DNA of 64,000 nucleotides from Candidatus Woesebacteria bacterium (GTDB lineage Bacteria; Patescibacteriota; Microgenomatia; UBA8517): NCBI GenBank assembly GCA_013374835.1, contig CP055307.1, positions 215,315 to 279,314 of the forward strand, read 5' to 3'. Shown piece by piece: positions 28,244 to 37,062 of this stretch (position 1 is its first letter; each line of letters starts with the position of its first letter). The notes under the pieces were generated by a model. It saw only the letters and a program-made list of their open reading frames with translations, ran no database searches and was not told where the DNA came from. The position numbers and the translations under genes were made by a program.

Positions 28244-30844
28244 TCAGGTTAAACTTCCTGTAAGCCTATAATTCTGGATATAAGGCAACAGGTTATCGCC
28301 AGGGCAGTTGGTGGCTGCCCCAGGCACTTCGGTGTGACCCAATACTCGTTCTTTGGGAGTATTTCGCTGCTTTCTGATCGTGTCGAGGAGTTGCTGTAGT
28401 GTGGCTAACTGGGCTGCTGTCGGGATTTCATTTCCTGCTGTCGAGTGGAAGTCTCCGCATACACATACCCCAATAGATCGGTAGTTTTGCTTGTTGCTGT
28501 TGGTGTGCGCTCCGATCCAGTTCTCTGGTCTTCCTTGTATTAGTATACCATCTCCATCGAGTAAACCGCTAACCCATTTATGGTAGCCGATGTCGCCCCA
28601 GCCATAGCTTATATGTGCGTTTTTGATGGTTATGAACTTAGTTGAATCTCTGGGTGTGGCGCTGTGATGGACAATGATAAATTCGGGATAGTTGGCTTTA
28701 TCATAGGCTGCTAAATCCTTCGTGATTGTTGTCGTTCTTCTCTTTTGTTGCCAGGCGATAATAAGTTGTGCTGCCCATTGTCCCGCTCCGCCCTTGCTGT
28801 AGTCGACGATATACTTCGCATTGCCGATAGCGCTGTGTTCGCTTTCGATTACTAGTCCCAGCTTCTGGCTTGCGTCTCCAATCCAGCCTGCTCGATCCAC
28901 TATCTCCTGGACGATTTCTTTCAGCTCTGGCGACTCGTAGACGCTCTGAGCAGTCCAGTGAATACCTGTCAGTATTCCTCCTTCTGCTACACCCAGTGTC
29001 CATTGCACCCAGGCTTGGGTTTTCATTCTGGTTGATGGTCTGTTTGATCCATCACTGGCAAAGGGCGCAGCATTGTCTTCTGCGAAGCCCCTTATAATCC
29101 AGTTGGTCATAGCGTTATTCTGGTTGTCGCTGGTCACCAGCAGGCGAGCGGAGACGATTTGTGCTTTTTTGGGAATTAAAATCGGACTGAAGATAAAGCC
29201 TGCGTCATTGGGTGAGGCGTCTGGCGAGTAAGTGCCATCATCTCCACAGGTGATTCGGTTATTGCCCCAGCCGTCAGGATACCAGGCGTTAGTGGGTGGA
29301 GTTTTGTCTCGGTAGTCTTCTTCGCCGTCTCGGTCATTTAATTGCAAGAAGGAAACATTAACCTCTTTGTCAAACCAGTAAATCTCCAGTTCGGCTTTGT
29401 CTTCAGCACCGCTTGAACTATCCCAGACGCTCTTGCAGTTTTCCGCAGCACTGCCGTCATCCTCGATTATGAATGCCATCGCATTGCCTGCCTTCCAGTC
29501 GCTTTGTCTCACCAGTTCTTGCACTATCAGGAGCAGGTTGGGAGTTTGCACCCATTCGTTGACATTCCACTGTTTATAAATTTCCCAAGCTACTGTGTCG
29601 ACTGTTTTTGGTTTCGTACTTGGTTTGTTCGTGGCGCTGAATGGCTGTACGTCGGCTTCTTTGATACCTTTGATTCTTAGCTTGGTGGTAAATGCGGTGG
29701 AATCAGTATAAGCACAGCGCAGTCTCAGTCTAGCAAAGAAGATAGTGGCGTTTCTAGGAATATTGACATGGCGGAAGCGGAACGCTCCTGTATGGGTTTT
29801 ACCTCCATAGTTGCCCATCGTTATGATGTGACTGGCATTGCCGTCCTTATTCCAGTTGCCGTCACTGTCTTCTCTGCCGTCATCTGAGTTTTGCTCAATG
29901 ACATTGTAAGTTTTTAAGACTTGGTTTTTGCTTTTTTCGGTGGGTGGAATTGCTTCCTGAATGAAGTAGCGCAACTCTTTTTCGATTAAATGCTGGGTAA
30001 GAATTGTGTATTTGAGTTGTTTTTCAATCGCAGGCGGTGGCACGATCTCATAGCGCAGGCTCTTGGTTATTTTGATTGGCGCTTTATCGATGCAGTATTT
30101 CAGCTGTTTTGTGATCGGAGTGGGAGTAGTCAGGACGCCGTATTTAAGTGCCTTCTGGATGAGACTCACTCCTGGCAGGTCGATGCGGTAGGTCAGGCTC
30201 TTTTGGATCGGGGAAGGGGTGGCGTCAACCGCATACTTCAGTTGCTTGGGAAGATTGACCCCTTGTATCTGCGGTTCGAGGTAGTAGGTGAGGGATTTTT
30301 GGATTTTGGTCGTTGAGCCGAGAGTTACCACTAACTCTGGTGATTCGGTTGCCCCTTGATTGTAGTCCCAAATGTTTTCGTATTGGTTGCTTGGGCTGGC
30401 ATCATCTTCAATCACTAGGGCGATATCTCCATTAAAGCCTGTCTGGTTGACGATTTCCTGAATAATGCTAGTAATGTCGGGGCTTTCATACCAGGTGTTA
30501 ATTGCCCAATCTGTTCCTATGTCCCAGTCTACGGCTGCTATGGTTTTGGGTCGGGTGGATGGTCTGGTTGCCTGATCCCAGGTGGCAGGAGCTGCCTGGA
30601 GGATTCCTCTAATTTTCAGTGTCGGTCTTTTGGTTGAGTTGACAGCGCATTTTACTCTTATCTTAGCATTTAAGATGCTGGCATCCTCGGCAATGCCTGA
30701 ATTGTCAAATCTCAAACCTACATCACAGCTGCCTGTGCCGTCATGACCTATTGTCGATTGGTTGCTGGCGTAGCCGTTGGGATACCAGGTCGTATCGTAA
30801 TCTTCTTCACCATCGTCGGTGTTAATTAAGATCTCCAGAATCAC
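28244..30844 (-). CDS. Tail fibre/tailspike-like protein with three copies of a novel ~170-aa domain plus C-terminal Amidase_2 (N-acetylmuramoyl-L-alanine amidase, PGRP-like)
   Basis: Three copies of DDGEEDYDTTWYPNG...AINTWYESPDI...IVxExV...IEDD domains at aa 1-175, ~305-490 and ~495-690. An 8x IxKxLxY tandem-repeat linker. C-terminal IIVHHSAT...GYHKW...GAHTNSNKQNYRSIGVCVCGDF...LGHTEV...TNCPG, an Amidase_2 Zn-site pattern. Confidence 0.7.
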   Translation of the reverse strand: MILEILINTDDGEEDYDTTWYPNGYASNQSTIGHDGTGSCDVGLRFDNSGIAEDASILNAKIRVKCAVNSTKRPTLKIRGILQAAPATWDQATRPSTRPKTIAAVDWDIGTDWAINTWYESPDITSIIQEIVNQTGFNGDIALVIEDDASPSNQYENIWDYNQGATESPELVVTLGSTTKIQKSLTYYLEPQIQGVNLPKQLKYAVDATPSPIQKSLTYRIDLPGVSLIQKALKYGVLTTPTPITKQLKYCIDKAPIKITKSLRYEIVPPPAIEKQLKYTILTQHLIEKELRYFIQEAIPPTEKSKNQVLKTYNVIEQNSDDGREDSDGNWNKDGNASHIITMGNYGGKTHTGAFRFRHVNIPRNATIFFARLRLRCAYTDSTAFTTKLRIKGIKEADVQPFSATNKPSTKPKTVDTVAWEIYKQWNVNEWVQTPNLLLIVQELVRQSDWKAGNAMAFIIEDDGSAAENCKSVWDSSSGAEDKAELEIYWFDKEVNVSFLQLNDRDGEEDYRDKTPPTNAWYPDGWGNNRITCGDDGTYSPDASPNDAGFIFSPILIPKKAQIVSARLLVTSDNQNNAMTNWIIRGFAEDNAAPFASDGSNRPSTRMKTQAWVQWTLGVAEGGILTGIHWTAQSVYESPELKEIVQEIVDRAGWIGDASQKLGLVIESEHSAIGNAKYIVDYSKGGAGQWAAQLIIAWQQKRRTTTITKDLAAYDKANYPEFIIVHHSATPRDSTKFITIKNAHISYGWGDIGYHKWVSGLLDGDGILIQGRPENWIGAHTNSNKQNYRSIGVCVCGDFHSTAGNEIPTAAQLATLQQLLDTIRKQRNTPKERVLGHTEVPGAATNCPGDNLLPYIQNYRLTGSLT
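29940..30300 (-). repeat. Tandem coding repeats (~36-45 bp period) encoding 8x I-x-K-x-L-x-Y units
   Basis: Protein segment IQKSLTYYLEPQ / LPKQLKYAVDATPSP / IQKSLTYRIDLPGVSL / IQKALKYGVLTTPTP / ITKQLKYCIDKAP / IKITKSLRYEIVPPPA / IEKQLKYTILTQHL / IEKELRYFIQE. Confidence 0.6.
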
Positions 30845-31260
30845 CTCATTCCACCTCCTTCCGCTTCGTCAACTAAAGCGATCTTGTCGTTGGGGTAAAT
30901 ACAAATCAGCTTTTGCAGACTTCTGCCTCGGTTGTCTTTTACCTTCCAGCCGAAGAAGTAAAGTCTAATCCAGTTTTTTTGCCCTGCAAGTCTCACATTG
31001 CGGTAAAAGTGGATTAGGTCTGCGCCCTGCGGAGGAATAAGGAGGTTTATTCCTTCTGGGTTTTTGTCTGAGACCATCTGGAAGGATTCGATATTTGCCT
31101 GATCTATCTCTCTGAACTGATGGAAGATACCTGTTGCCTCGTCGAATTGGTGGAGGGAAGTGCCGTCTTTATAATGCGCTACCCACCGCCAGCGCTCTCG
31201 AATAACTTTCTCGGCTTTGCCTGTCTTTGGTCTGATAAATGTGAACTCTGTTTTTCGCAT
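30841..31260 (-). CDS. Hypothetical protein
   Basis: 139-aa ORF overlapping the downstream fibre gene by 4 bp. Confidence 0.4.
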   Translation of the reverse strand: MRKTEFTFIRPKTGKAEKVIRERWRWVAHYKDGTSLHQFDEATGIFHQFREIDQANIESFQMVSDKNPEGINLLIPPQGADLIHFYRNVRLAGQKNWIRLYFFGWKVKDNRGRSLQKLICIYPNDKIALVDEAEGGGMR

Positions 31261-31319
31261 TGTATTGCTCGAAGGCGCATTGGATTGCGCTAATTCCTTT
31301 TAACTGCTCAGTCATGTTT

Positions 31320-31823
31320 TTAAGCAACTTCGTCGTATTGGTAATTGAGCGTACTAGTCGAGCCTGCCACATCGCCTGGATCAGTTTGAATCTGATGCAC
31401 TAAGTAGTCTGAGTAGCCAGGTGCAGTAAGCTCTCCTGTGAGTGATCCGCCGATGCCTAAGTTTGCACCTGCTGGTTCGCTGGTAGGCATTGTTTGTGTA
31501 GCAACGATTGAGGTGCTAGCTGTTGGTGTAGCGTAAGTTGCTGCCCCTCCGTAGGCTGTTTCTCTGGCATTTGTTTTGTGGACGGCTGCGCCTCCTAGCG
31601 CCCCTGTTCTCCAAACTTTCAGGTTGTGGATTTTGGACGAGCCACCCATGTTCGTCACTTCGAACTTCTGCCACTTCTCGTAGGAGTTCTGCCCAGGCAC
31701 GATTGGGTGGGCTACGGGATCAAGGTTGGCTTGATCCACCGACCCCATATCTGTATCAGTGATATTGGCGGTTTTGGTTTCGCCAGCTCCGTTGTATTCG
31801 TCTATTTGAACTGTTGCTGCCAT
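31320..31823 (-). CDS. Hypothetical structural protein
   Basis: 167 aa, Gly/Thr/Ala-rich, no motif. Confidence 0.4.
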   Translation of the reverse strand: MAATVQIDEYNGAGETKTANITDTDMGSVDQANLDPVAHPIVPGQNSYEKWQKFEVTNMGGSSKIHNLKVWRTGALGGAAVHKTNARETAYGGAATYATPTASTSIVATQTMPTSEPAGANLGIGGSLTGELTAPGYSDYLVHQIQTDPGDVAGSTSTLNYQYDEVA

Positions 31824-31836
31824 AGTTTTTAGTTAT

Positions 31837-32118
31837 TTAACTTTGGGAGTTATTGCTCCCTCTTTTTTTGTCAGGCGGGACATCCAGCTTAATGTTGTAT
31901 CTAGCATTGGTCTTCATTCCAATTACTCCCATAATCTTGCGAAGCGCTGCTATTGTGCTGCCTTCCTTTCCGATCACCAAACCTGCGTCTTTTTCGTCAA
32001 GTTTGACTAAAAGAAGCACTCCCATCTCGTCGACTGTGCGTTCAACTTTCACCTTATCTGGCTCATCGACAAAGGATTTTATGATTTGTTCTAATAATGC
32101 TGCGTCGCTTTCTTGCAT
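31837..32118 (-). CDS. KH-domain RNA-binding protein (KhpA/YlqC-like)
   Basis: KH core LVIGKEGSTIAALRKIMGVIG with a flanking beta-alpha-alpha-beta-beta-alpha pattern. 93 aa, the same size as bacterial KhpA. Confidence 0.6.
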   Translation of the reverse strand: MQESDAALLEQIIKSFVDEPDKVKVERTVDEMGVLLLVKLDEKDAGLVIGKEGSTIAALRKIMGVIGMKTNARYNIKLDVPPDKKRGSNNSQS

Positions 32119-32148
32119 TCCGTTTCACCTCCTTTAGGCGTTAGTTTT

Positions 32149-32760
32149 CTAATTTATATTTGGCGCTATTGTCAAAATTAACCTGGCTGCATTTGCTGCC
32201 CCGCTATTAAAGTCATAGATGTTTTCATATTGGTTGCTTGGACTGCTATTGTCTTCGATTACCAGCCCCAGAGCTTTGCCTGTGTATTCTGGCTGGGTTA
32301 TAAGCTCGTCAATGATTGCTTTAATGTCTGGGCTGTCATACCAAGTATTGATCGCCCAGTCCGCTCCTGGTGTCCATGCTACTGTCGCCGTTGTTTTGAC
32401 TCTGGTTGATGGGCGATCAGCACCTCCTGCTGCAAAGGTGTTCGAGCTTGGCTCTTTAAGTCCTTTGATTACAAAGACTGGTCGCTTGGTTGAGTTGACT
32501 GCCGACTTCACCCTAATTACCGCTTTGACGATTTTGGCGTTATTGGGAATTACGGGGCGGAGAAATCTAAACCCGCCGTCACAGCTGCCTGTGCCGTCAT
32601 GACCGATACTGATCTGATTGCTGGCAAATCCATTAGGATACCAAGTTGTATCGTAATCTTCTTCACCGTCATCGCTACCGATTAAAATCTGTAGCTTGGT
32701 AAGAATGTTTTTTTCTAGTTTGTTATCGGTTCTTAGTTTAGCCATAGTTTTATAGTTCAA
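32149..32760 (-). CDS. Stand-alone copy of the novel DDGEEDYDTTWYPNG domain (paralogue of the 866-aa fibre N-terminus)
   Basis: LQILIGSDDGEEDYDTTWYPNGFASNQISIGHDGTGSCD...AINTWYDSPDIKAIIDELI...LVIEDNSSPSNQYENIYDFNSG aligns along its whole length with aa 1-175 of ORF 28244..30844. Confidence 0.6.
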   Translation of the reverse strand: MNYKTMAKLRTDNKLEKNILTKLQILIGSDDGEEDYDTTWYPNGFASNQISIGHDGTGSCDGGFRFLRPVIPNNAKIVKAVIRVKSAVNSTKRPVFVIKGLKEPSSNTFAAGGADRPSTRVKTTATVAWTPGADWAINTWYDSPDIKAIIDELITQPEYTGKALGLVIEDNSSPSNQYENIYDFNSGAANAARLILTIAPNIN

Positions 32761-33073
32761 CTATCCAGTTGACTGCGTCTCCTGAGACCTCTGCGCCGAC
32801 TAGGATTTGGCTTAGGTCTTTAATCCTTAATTCGATTGCTTCCCCTGGGCTGAGTCTGAACGGCGCTACCTTTGAGGCATAAAGATTCTTGGCGATGTAA
32901 ATTAAGCCTGTATTGGTTTGTCTGGCTCGCACGACCACTGAACATCCTTCACCCGCTTTATAAGTGTTGGCATCAACGAGGGGATAGTAGTTGCTCCAAG
33001 CCCCGCCGTTGTTAACATCCAGCGTGCAGACTTTTTCGTTGTTCATGAAATCTGGTCGACTTGCTGTTGACAT
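32750..33073 (-). CDS. Hypothetical protein
   Basis: 107-aa ORF, beta-rich. Confidence 0.4.
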   Translation of the reverse strand: MSTASRPDFMNNEKVCTLDVNNGGAWSNYYPLVDANTYKAGEGCSVVVRARQTNTGLIYIAKNLYASKVAPFRLSPGEAIELRIKDLSQILVGAEVSGDAVNWIVEL

Positions 33074-33090
33074 AGTTTTTTAGCCTTTTA

Positions 33091-33693
33091 TTAAAACTTC
33101 GGCTGGTCAGCCGTGCTTCTAACGCCAGTTTTCACTTTTTGCATCTCTGCGCCTTCTTCTTGCCCTTTGGCTGCCATTTCTTTCTTTTTCAGAGCTGCCT
33201 CTCTAGCTGCGAGTTCTTTCTCACGAGCCTCTAAGTCCTTGTAACGCTCGGCAATTACTTCATCAACCGCTTTCTTTTGGTCTTTTTTTTCAATCTTGAC
33301 AAAGGTGTTTCCGAAGTTAGGGTGACTTTCAAGGAAGGCTATCTCGTCAGGATCGCTAGTCCTGTAGACTCCTTCATGGAACTGGATTGAAGTCCCTGGA
33401 ACAGTAATTACTCTGCCACTCACCTCTTTGTTGTAGGCGGATTTGTTTACCAATCTTAGCTCGTGATACTTCGAGATGAATGTTTCCTCTTTGGGCTGTT
33501 CGGTTTTCTTGGTTGCTTTTAGTTTATCTTTATTAGGCATACTGTTTTCACCCCCTTCCTCTTGGGCTTCTCTCAAACGGGCGATAAGCTCATCTTTTTT
33601 TCCTTTATTGGATACGTCGAGCCTCTTGGCTTCTGCCCAGAGTTTCGACATGCTCATGTCTTTTAGTGCTTTACTTTCTTGATCAGTCATCAT
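33091..33693 (-). CDS. SAP-domain (Rho_N-like) protein, charged and coiled-coil
   Basis: N-terminal LKDMSMSKLWAEAKRLDVSNKGKKDELIARL matches the SAP/Rho-N helix-extended-helix motif. The rest is Lys/Glu-rich. Confidence 0.5.
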   Translation of the reverse strand: MMTDQESKALKDMSMSKLWAEAKRLDVSNKGKKDELIARLREAQEEGGENSMPNKDKLKATKKTEQPKEETFISKYHELRLVNKSAYNKEVSGRVITVPGTSIQFHEGVYRTSDPDEIAFLESHPNFGNTFVKIEKKDQKKAVDEVIAERYKDLEAREKELAAREAALKKKEMAAKGQEEGAEMQKVKTGVRSTADQPKF

Positions 33694-33859
33694 TTGTCAC
33701 CTCGTTTCTTTTTGGCATTATTTAATAACTTTCTGCGCCAGTTGAAGGGGCGATTACGCTCACCCCTTCTCAGGCGACTGCACTGAGTAAGAAAGTGTGC
33801 AGTGACTTCCTAGTTGTTGCTTTCGCTTTAGTCATATCGATCCTTTCAGGTTATTAACT

Positions 33860-35026
33860 TTAGAGAGCGCCCATGCTCATGATGGCGTGGCGACTTTCTT
33901 GTTCCATTTGCAGTCCGACTTCGCTTAAATACTCATCTACCTGGCTGTCTTCGCCTGGCGCTTGACGATTAGTCAAGAGTTTGGTGTCACGATTGCTAAG
34001 GTAGCGGTATGTTAAGCACTCCATGTCCAGTCCAATGGCGTAGTTTCCATAGGTCGTCCCTGTCAATAATGGATGCTTGATTATGTGCAGCGTTCCGTGT
34101 GGCGATTCGTAGGTCACAATGTTCAATCCGTAGGTCTTGTCTTTCGGCATGACCTGGAGTTTCCCTTTTGCCCAGTTATTGATCATCGAGACTACACTGG
34201 CTGCTGCAAAGAGGTATTTCTCCACATTTCCGTGTGCGAATAGACTTTCGAGCCATGTTTCGAATTCCGCTTCCGTGTCCACATTAGCTGTGGCGTAAGT
34301 GCTAATTCTGCTTAGAATTCCAGCGGTAAACCTCTTGGGATGCGTTCCTGTTGTGATGATTCCTCTCTTGCCGAAGATAAAAGCTCGCTCTATATCGACC
34401 ATATGTTCGATGGCTTTCTTGCGTCTCTGATAGTCGAAATCATTTTCTTTTGTCCAACTCTTGGTGTTCTTGGCGGTTTCCGTGATGCCCACTGGTGTTC
34501 TGAAGATCTGGCAGTAGTTGTAAAGTTCGGCTATCGTGGTGGACTTGATGTCTCTCAATCCCGCACCTTCCTCGTTGGCGTTTCCGATAAGCCAGACATC
34601 TCCTACTGCTGAGGCTGCTGCTCCTGTTGCCCCTCCCAGCTCTGCTCCCACCGTAACTGTGTTAGCATCGACAATGGCAGTTACCTGGAATACCCACTTC
34701 TGTGCTGCTACTAGGATTACATCTCCAACCTGTAGGTATACAGATTGCGCTGTCACTGTTAGGTTGCCTCCGTCTGGATCAACTGTGCCTGACCCTGTTA
34801 ATTGTCTCTTTCCGAATTCATCCTCAAACCACTTAAACTGTGGATCGGTTGTTTCCACTTTCTTCATGGCTTTGCCTTGCTTAGTCACTGGGTCTTTTCC
34901 TGCATTGGTCAAAATCGCTAACAGGGGATACCTGTTGACATCCAATAACGACACTACATCGGCGACATCATATCGCCTGGTTACTCCTAATTCAGTTGTT
35001 CCTCTGATTCCTGTTGCTGATGGCAT
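33860..35026 (-). CDS. Putative major capsid protein
   Basis: 388-aa ORF immediately downstream of the acidic scaffold-like gene and after the portal. A structured non-coding region follows it. No direct motif proof. Confidence 0.5.
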   Translation of the reverse strand: MPSATGIRGTTELGVTRRYDVADVVSLLDVNRYPLLAILTNAGKDPVTKQGKAMKKVETTDPQFKWFEDEFGKRQLTGSGTVDPDGGNLTVTAQSVYLQVGDVILVAAQKWVFQVTAIVDANTVTVGAELGGATGAAASAVGDVWLIGNANEEGAGLRDIKSTTIAELYNYCQIFRTPVGITETAKNTKSWTKENDFDYQRRKKAIEHMVDIERAFIFGKRGIITTGTHPKRFTAGILSRISTYATANVDTEAEFETWLESLFAHGNVEKYLFAAASVVSMINNWAKGKLQVMPKDKTYGLNIVTYESPHGTLHIIKHPLLTGTTYGNYAIGLDMECLTYRYLSNRDTKLLTNRQAPGEDSQVDEYLSEVGLQMEQESRHAIMSMGAL

Positions 35027-35070
35027 ATTTTTTTATTCACCCCCTTTCTTTTGTAATTTAGGAGGGGTGT

Positions 35071-35901
35071 TTATATTCCTAACCCTCCTAGAGGGCTTTG
35101 ACCGCTACCTTCGAGGGCTTTCTGGATGCGTTTCATTTCGGCATCCGAGCCTTCGGGTTTAGTCGGAGCGCCCGCTCCGCTCTCCACTTGAGCCTTTGCT
35201 TTTTTGAGGCGGCTCTTTTCCTCATCTGATAATTCTTCAGATTCTTCTTCGCCTTCGCCTTTTCCTTTATGCTTGCCCAGGAAGGCGTCTACCTGCTGGC
35301 AAGCCTCTTTGAGAGGTATGACAGTGCCTTTGGCACTGGCTGCCTCGATAATTGCTAAGACCATTTTTCTGTAGTCGGGATCGCCTAAGTTATGCTCTTT
35401 CTTGGCGTCGGCGATCTCTTTTTTGACGGCGCTTCTTACTTTGTCCTGGCTTTCGATAGTTCTTTTGACCCCTTCGTCAATGCGTGCCAGAACCCACTTT
35501 GCAAAATCCGAGGGCGTCATCTTCTGCAGTTCTTCGGCTGAGGGGACAGTCGGTTCTTCTTCCTCTTTACCTTCCTCTCCTTTTTTGCCTTTGTCTTCTT
35601 CTTCGCCTTCGCCCTTGCTTTTTTCAAGCTCGGCGACTTTTTGGCGCTGCTCTTTGAGCATCTTGATGACTTCTTCTCGGCTTTTGCCCTTGAACTCGTC
35701 TTCTTCGTCTTCGCCACCTTCAGTTTCTTCCTGACCTTCGCCCTCACCGCCCTTGTTTTCTTCTTCTTCGCTTTCCTGACCTTCCTGACCCTTGTTTTCC
35801 TCCTCGCCAGCGCCTTCCTCCTCCTCATCGGTTTCGTCCGAGTTTAGGAGTTTTTCGAGTTCTGTTTGTTCGTCTGTTTTATTTTTTGGGTCTTCTGGCA
35901 T
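35071..35901 (-). CDS. Putative scaffolding protein (highly acidic, coiled-coil)
   Basis: 276 aa with long Glu/Gly/Lys low-complexity runs (GEEENKGQEGQESEEEENKGGEGEGQEETEGGEDEEDE) and helical heptads. Position upstream of the capsid gene. Confidence 0.5.
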   Translation of the reverse strand: MPEDPKNKTDEQTELEKLLNSDETDEEEEGAGEEENKGQEGQESEEEENKGGEGEGQEETEGGEDEEDEFKGKSREEVIKMLKEQRQKVAELEKSKGEGEEEDKGKKGEEGKEEEEPTVPSAEELQKMTPSDFAKWVLARIDEGVKRTIESQDKVRSAVKKEIADAKKEHNLGDPDYRKMVLAIIEAASAKGTVIPLKEACQQVDAFLGKHKGKGEGEEESEELSDEEKSRLKKAKAQVESGAGAPTKPEGSDAEMKRIQKALEGSGQSPLGGLGI

Positions 35902-35912
35902 AAGTCATCACC

Positions 35913-36125
35913 TCACTTTAGTTGCTTACTAAATTCCTTTGATCTGGTAATTGCTGTCTTGCAGACTGCGATGGCTGATTCCTTTTTGGTTCTGCCTTCC
36001 TGGGACTTAAAGTCAGGGTCAGCCATTTTTGCTGCGACACACTTTTCAATTCGGGCGTCGAGCTTTTGTCCTGTCTTTGTCCCTTCCTCCCATTTTTTTG
36101 TTTTTCCTTTGATTCCGTATGGCAT
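35913..36125 (-). CDS. Hypothetical small basic protein
   Basis: 70-aa ORF in the head module. Confidence 0.35.
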   Translation of the reverse strand: MPYGIKGKTKKWEEGTKTGQKLDARIEKCVAAKMADPDFKSQEGRTKKESAIAVCKTAITRSKEFSKQLK

Positions 36126-36130
36126 AGTTT

Positions 36131-36448
36131 TTATGCTTCGGCGGACTGGGGGAGTTCAATGCCTCCCTCGTTCTCTCCGAGACCTCCTAATTTAATCTCG
36201 CCCTCAGCGACTTTATTTAGGACTTCAATTAAGTCTTTGAGGGCGGTATCAAAGCTAACTAATTTCTCGTCTTTGTTGTTATCCCAGCTTCCGCAGTAGG
36301 CTTGCCTGGCTGCTGAGACCGCTTCTTCTACGACCCGCCACTTTTTGCGCCTGTCTTCTTTGGCTTGATCTTTTTTAAACTTAGCCAAGACCACATTGTC
36401 TGTGGTCTCTTTTTCTTCAGGTTTTTTATTTTCTTTTTCGTCTGCCAT
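36131..36448 (-). CDS. Hypothetical protein
   Basis: 105 aa, acidic. Confidence 0.4.
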   Translation of the reverse strand: MADEKENKKPEEKETTDNVVLAKFKKDQAKEDRRKKWRVVEEAVSAARQAYCGSWDNNKDEKLVSFDTALKDLIEVLNKVAEGEIKLGGLGENEGGIELPQSAEA

Positions 36449-36452
36449 AGTT

Positions 36453-36707
36453 TTATTGGTTTCTGACGGCTTCGGCTGCTTCGACTTTTTCTTTCTCAGC
36501 AGTCTCTACCATGCTTAGAACTCGCTTATAAGCCAGGATTGCTGTCCTAAGCTTTTCGACTTCTTCGACTGGACAGTCGAGGAGTTCGTTTGTCTCTATC
36601 GCAATCTCTGCTTCGATCTGGCTTTTAATGATCTGCCATCCTTCTGTCTGGGTCATTTCCCAGACTGCTTGTCCTTTCTCTAGTTTTTCCTCGTTTTTGT
36701 CGGTCAT
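36453..36707 (-). CDS. Hypothetical protein
   Basis: 84 aa, helical. Confidence 0.4.
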   Translation of the reverse strand: MTDKNEEKLEKGQAVWEMTQTEGWQIIKSQIEAEIAIETNELLDCPVEEVEKLRTAILAYKRVLSMVETAEKEKVEAAEAVRNQ

Positions 36708-36714
36708 AGCTTTT

Positions 36715-37062
36715 TTAAGCTGTCGGCATTTCCTCTGGTGCTGGCGGTGCTGGCAGCTCCATTTCGGGCTGTCCCGCTCCTAAGCCTCCCATTCCTTGTG
36801 TCTCGGCGTTTTTAATGTCCGTCAGCGTTGCGCTTAAGCTGTCCAGTACATTGGCGAGAGTTGCACCCTTCGTCAAATAAGCCGTCTTTGCTGCGTTATA
36901 CACGGCTTCTATCTTCGCCCAGGTTGCCTGCTTATCTTCAGTAGGAGCTTTTTTCAAGCTCGCCTGTGGCGCTTGATTTTCTGGTTGTGCGCTTGCTTCA
37001 TTCGGCATAGGTTTATAGCATTGGGAACGGTCTTTGGGCGTTCCACAAAAGTCCTCCAACAA
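36715..37062 (-). CDS. Hypothetical protein
   Basis: 115 aa. Its 5' end overlaps the upstream ORF, so the true start may be an internal Met. Confidence 0.35.
   Translation of the reverse strand: MLEDFCGTPKDRSQCYKPMPNEASAQPENQAPQASLKKAPTEDKQATWAKIEAVYNAAKTAYLTKGATLANVLDSLSATLTDIKNAETQGMGGLGAGQPEMELPAPPAPEEMPTA

Noticed and set aside
28244-32760. Diversity-generating retroelement (template/variable repeat) explanation for the repeated fibre domain
   Set aside because: No reverse transcriptase gene is present in the window. The copies differ throughout at the protein level rather than at adenine-specific positions, so this is a domain duplication.
35517-35828. 103-aa extremely Lys/Arg-rich ORF antisense to the scaffold gene
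   Set aside because: It is an artefact of reading GAA/GAG-rich acidic codons on the opposite strand. No independent signals.
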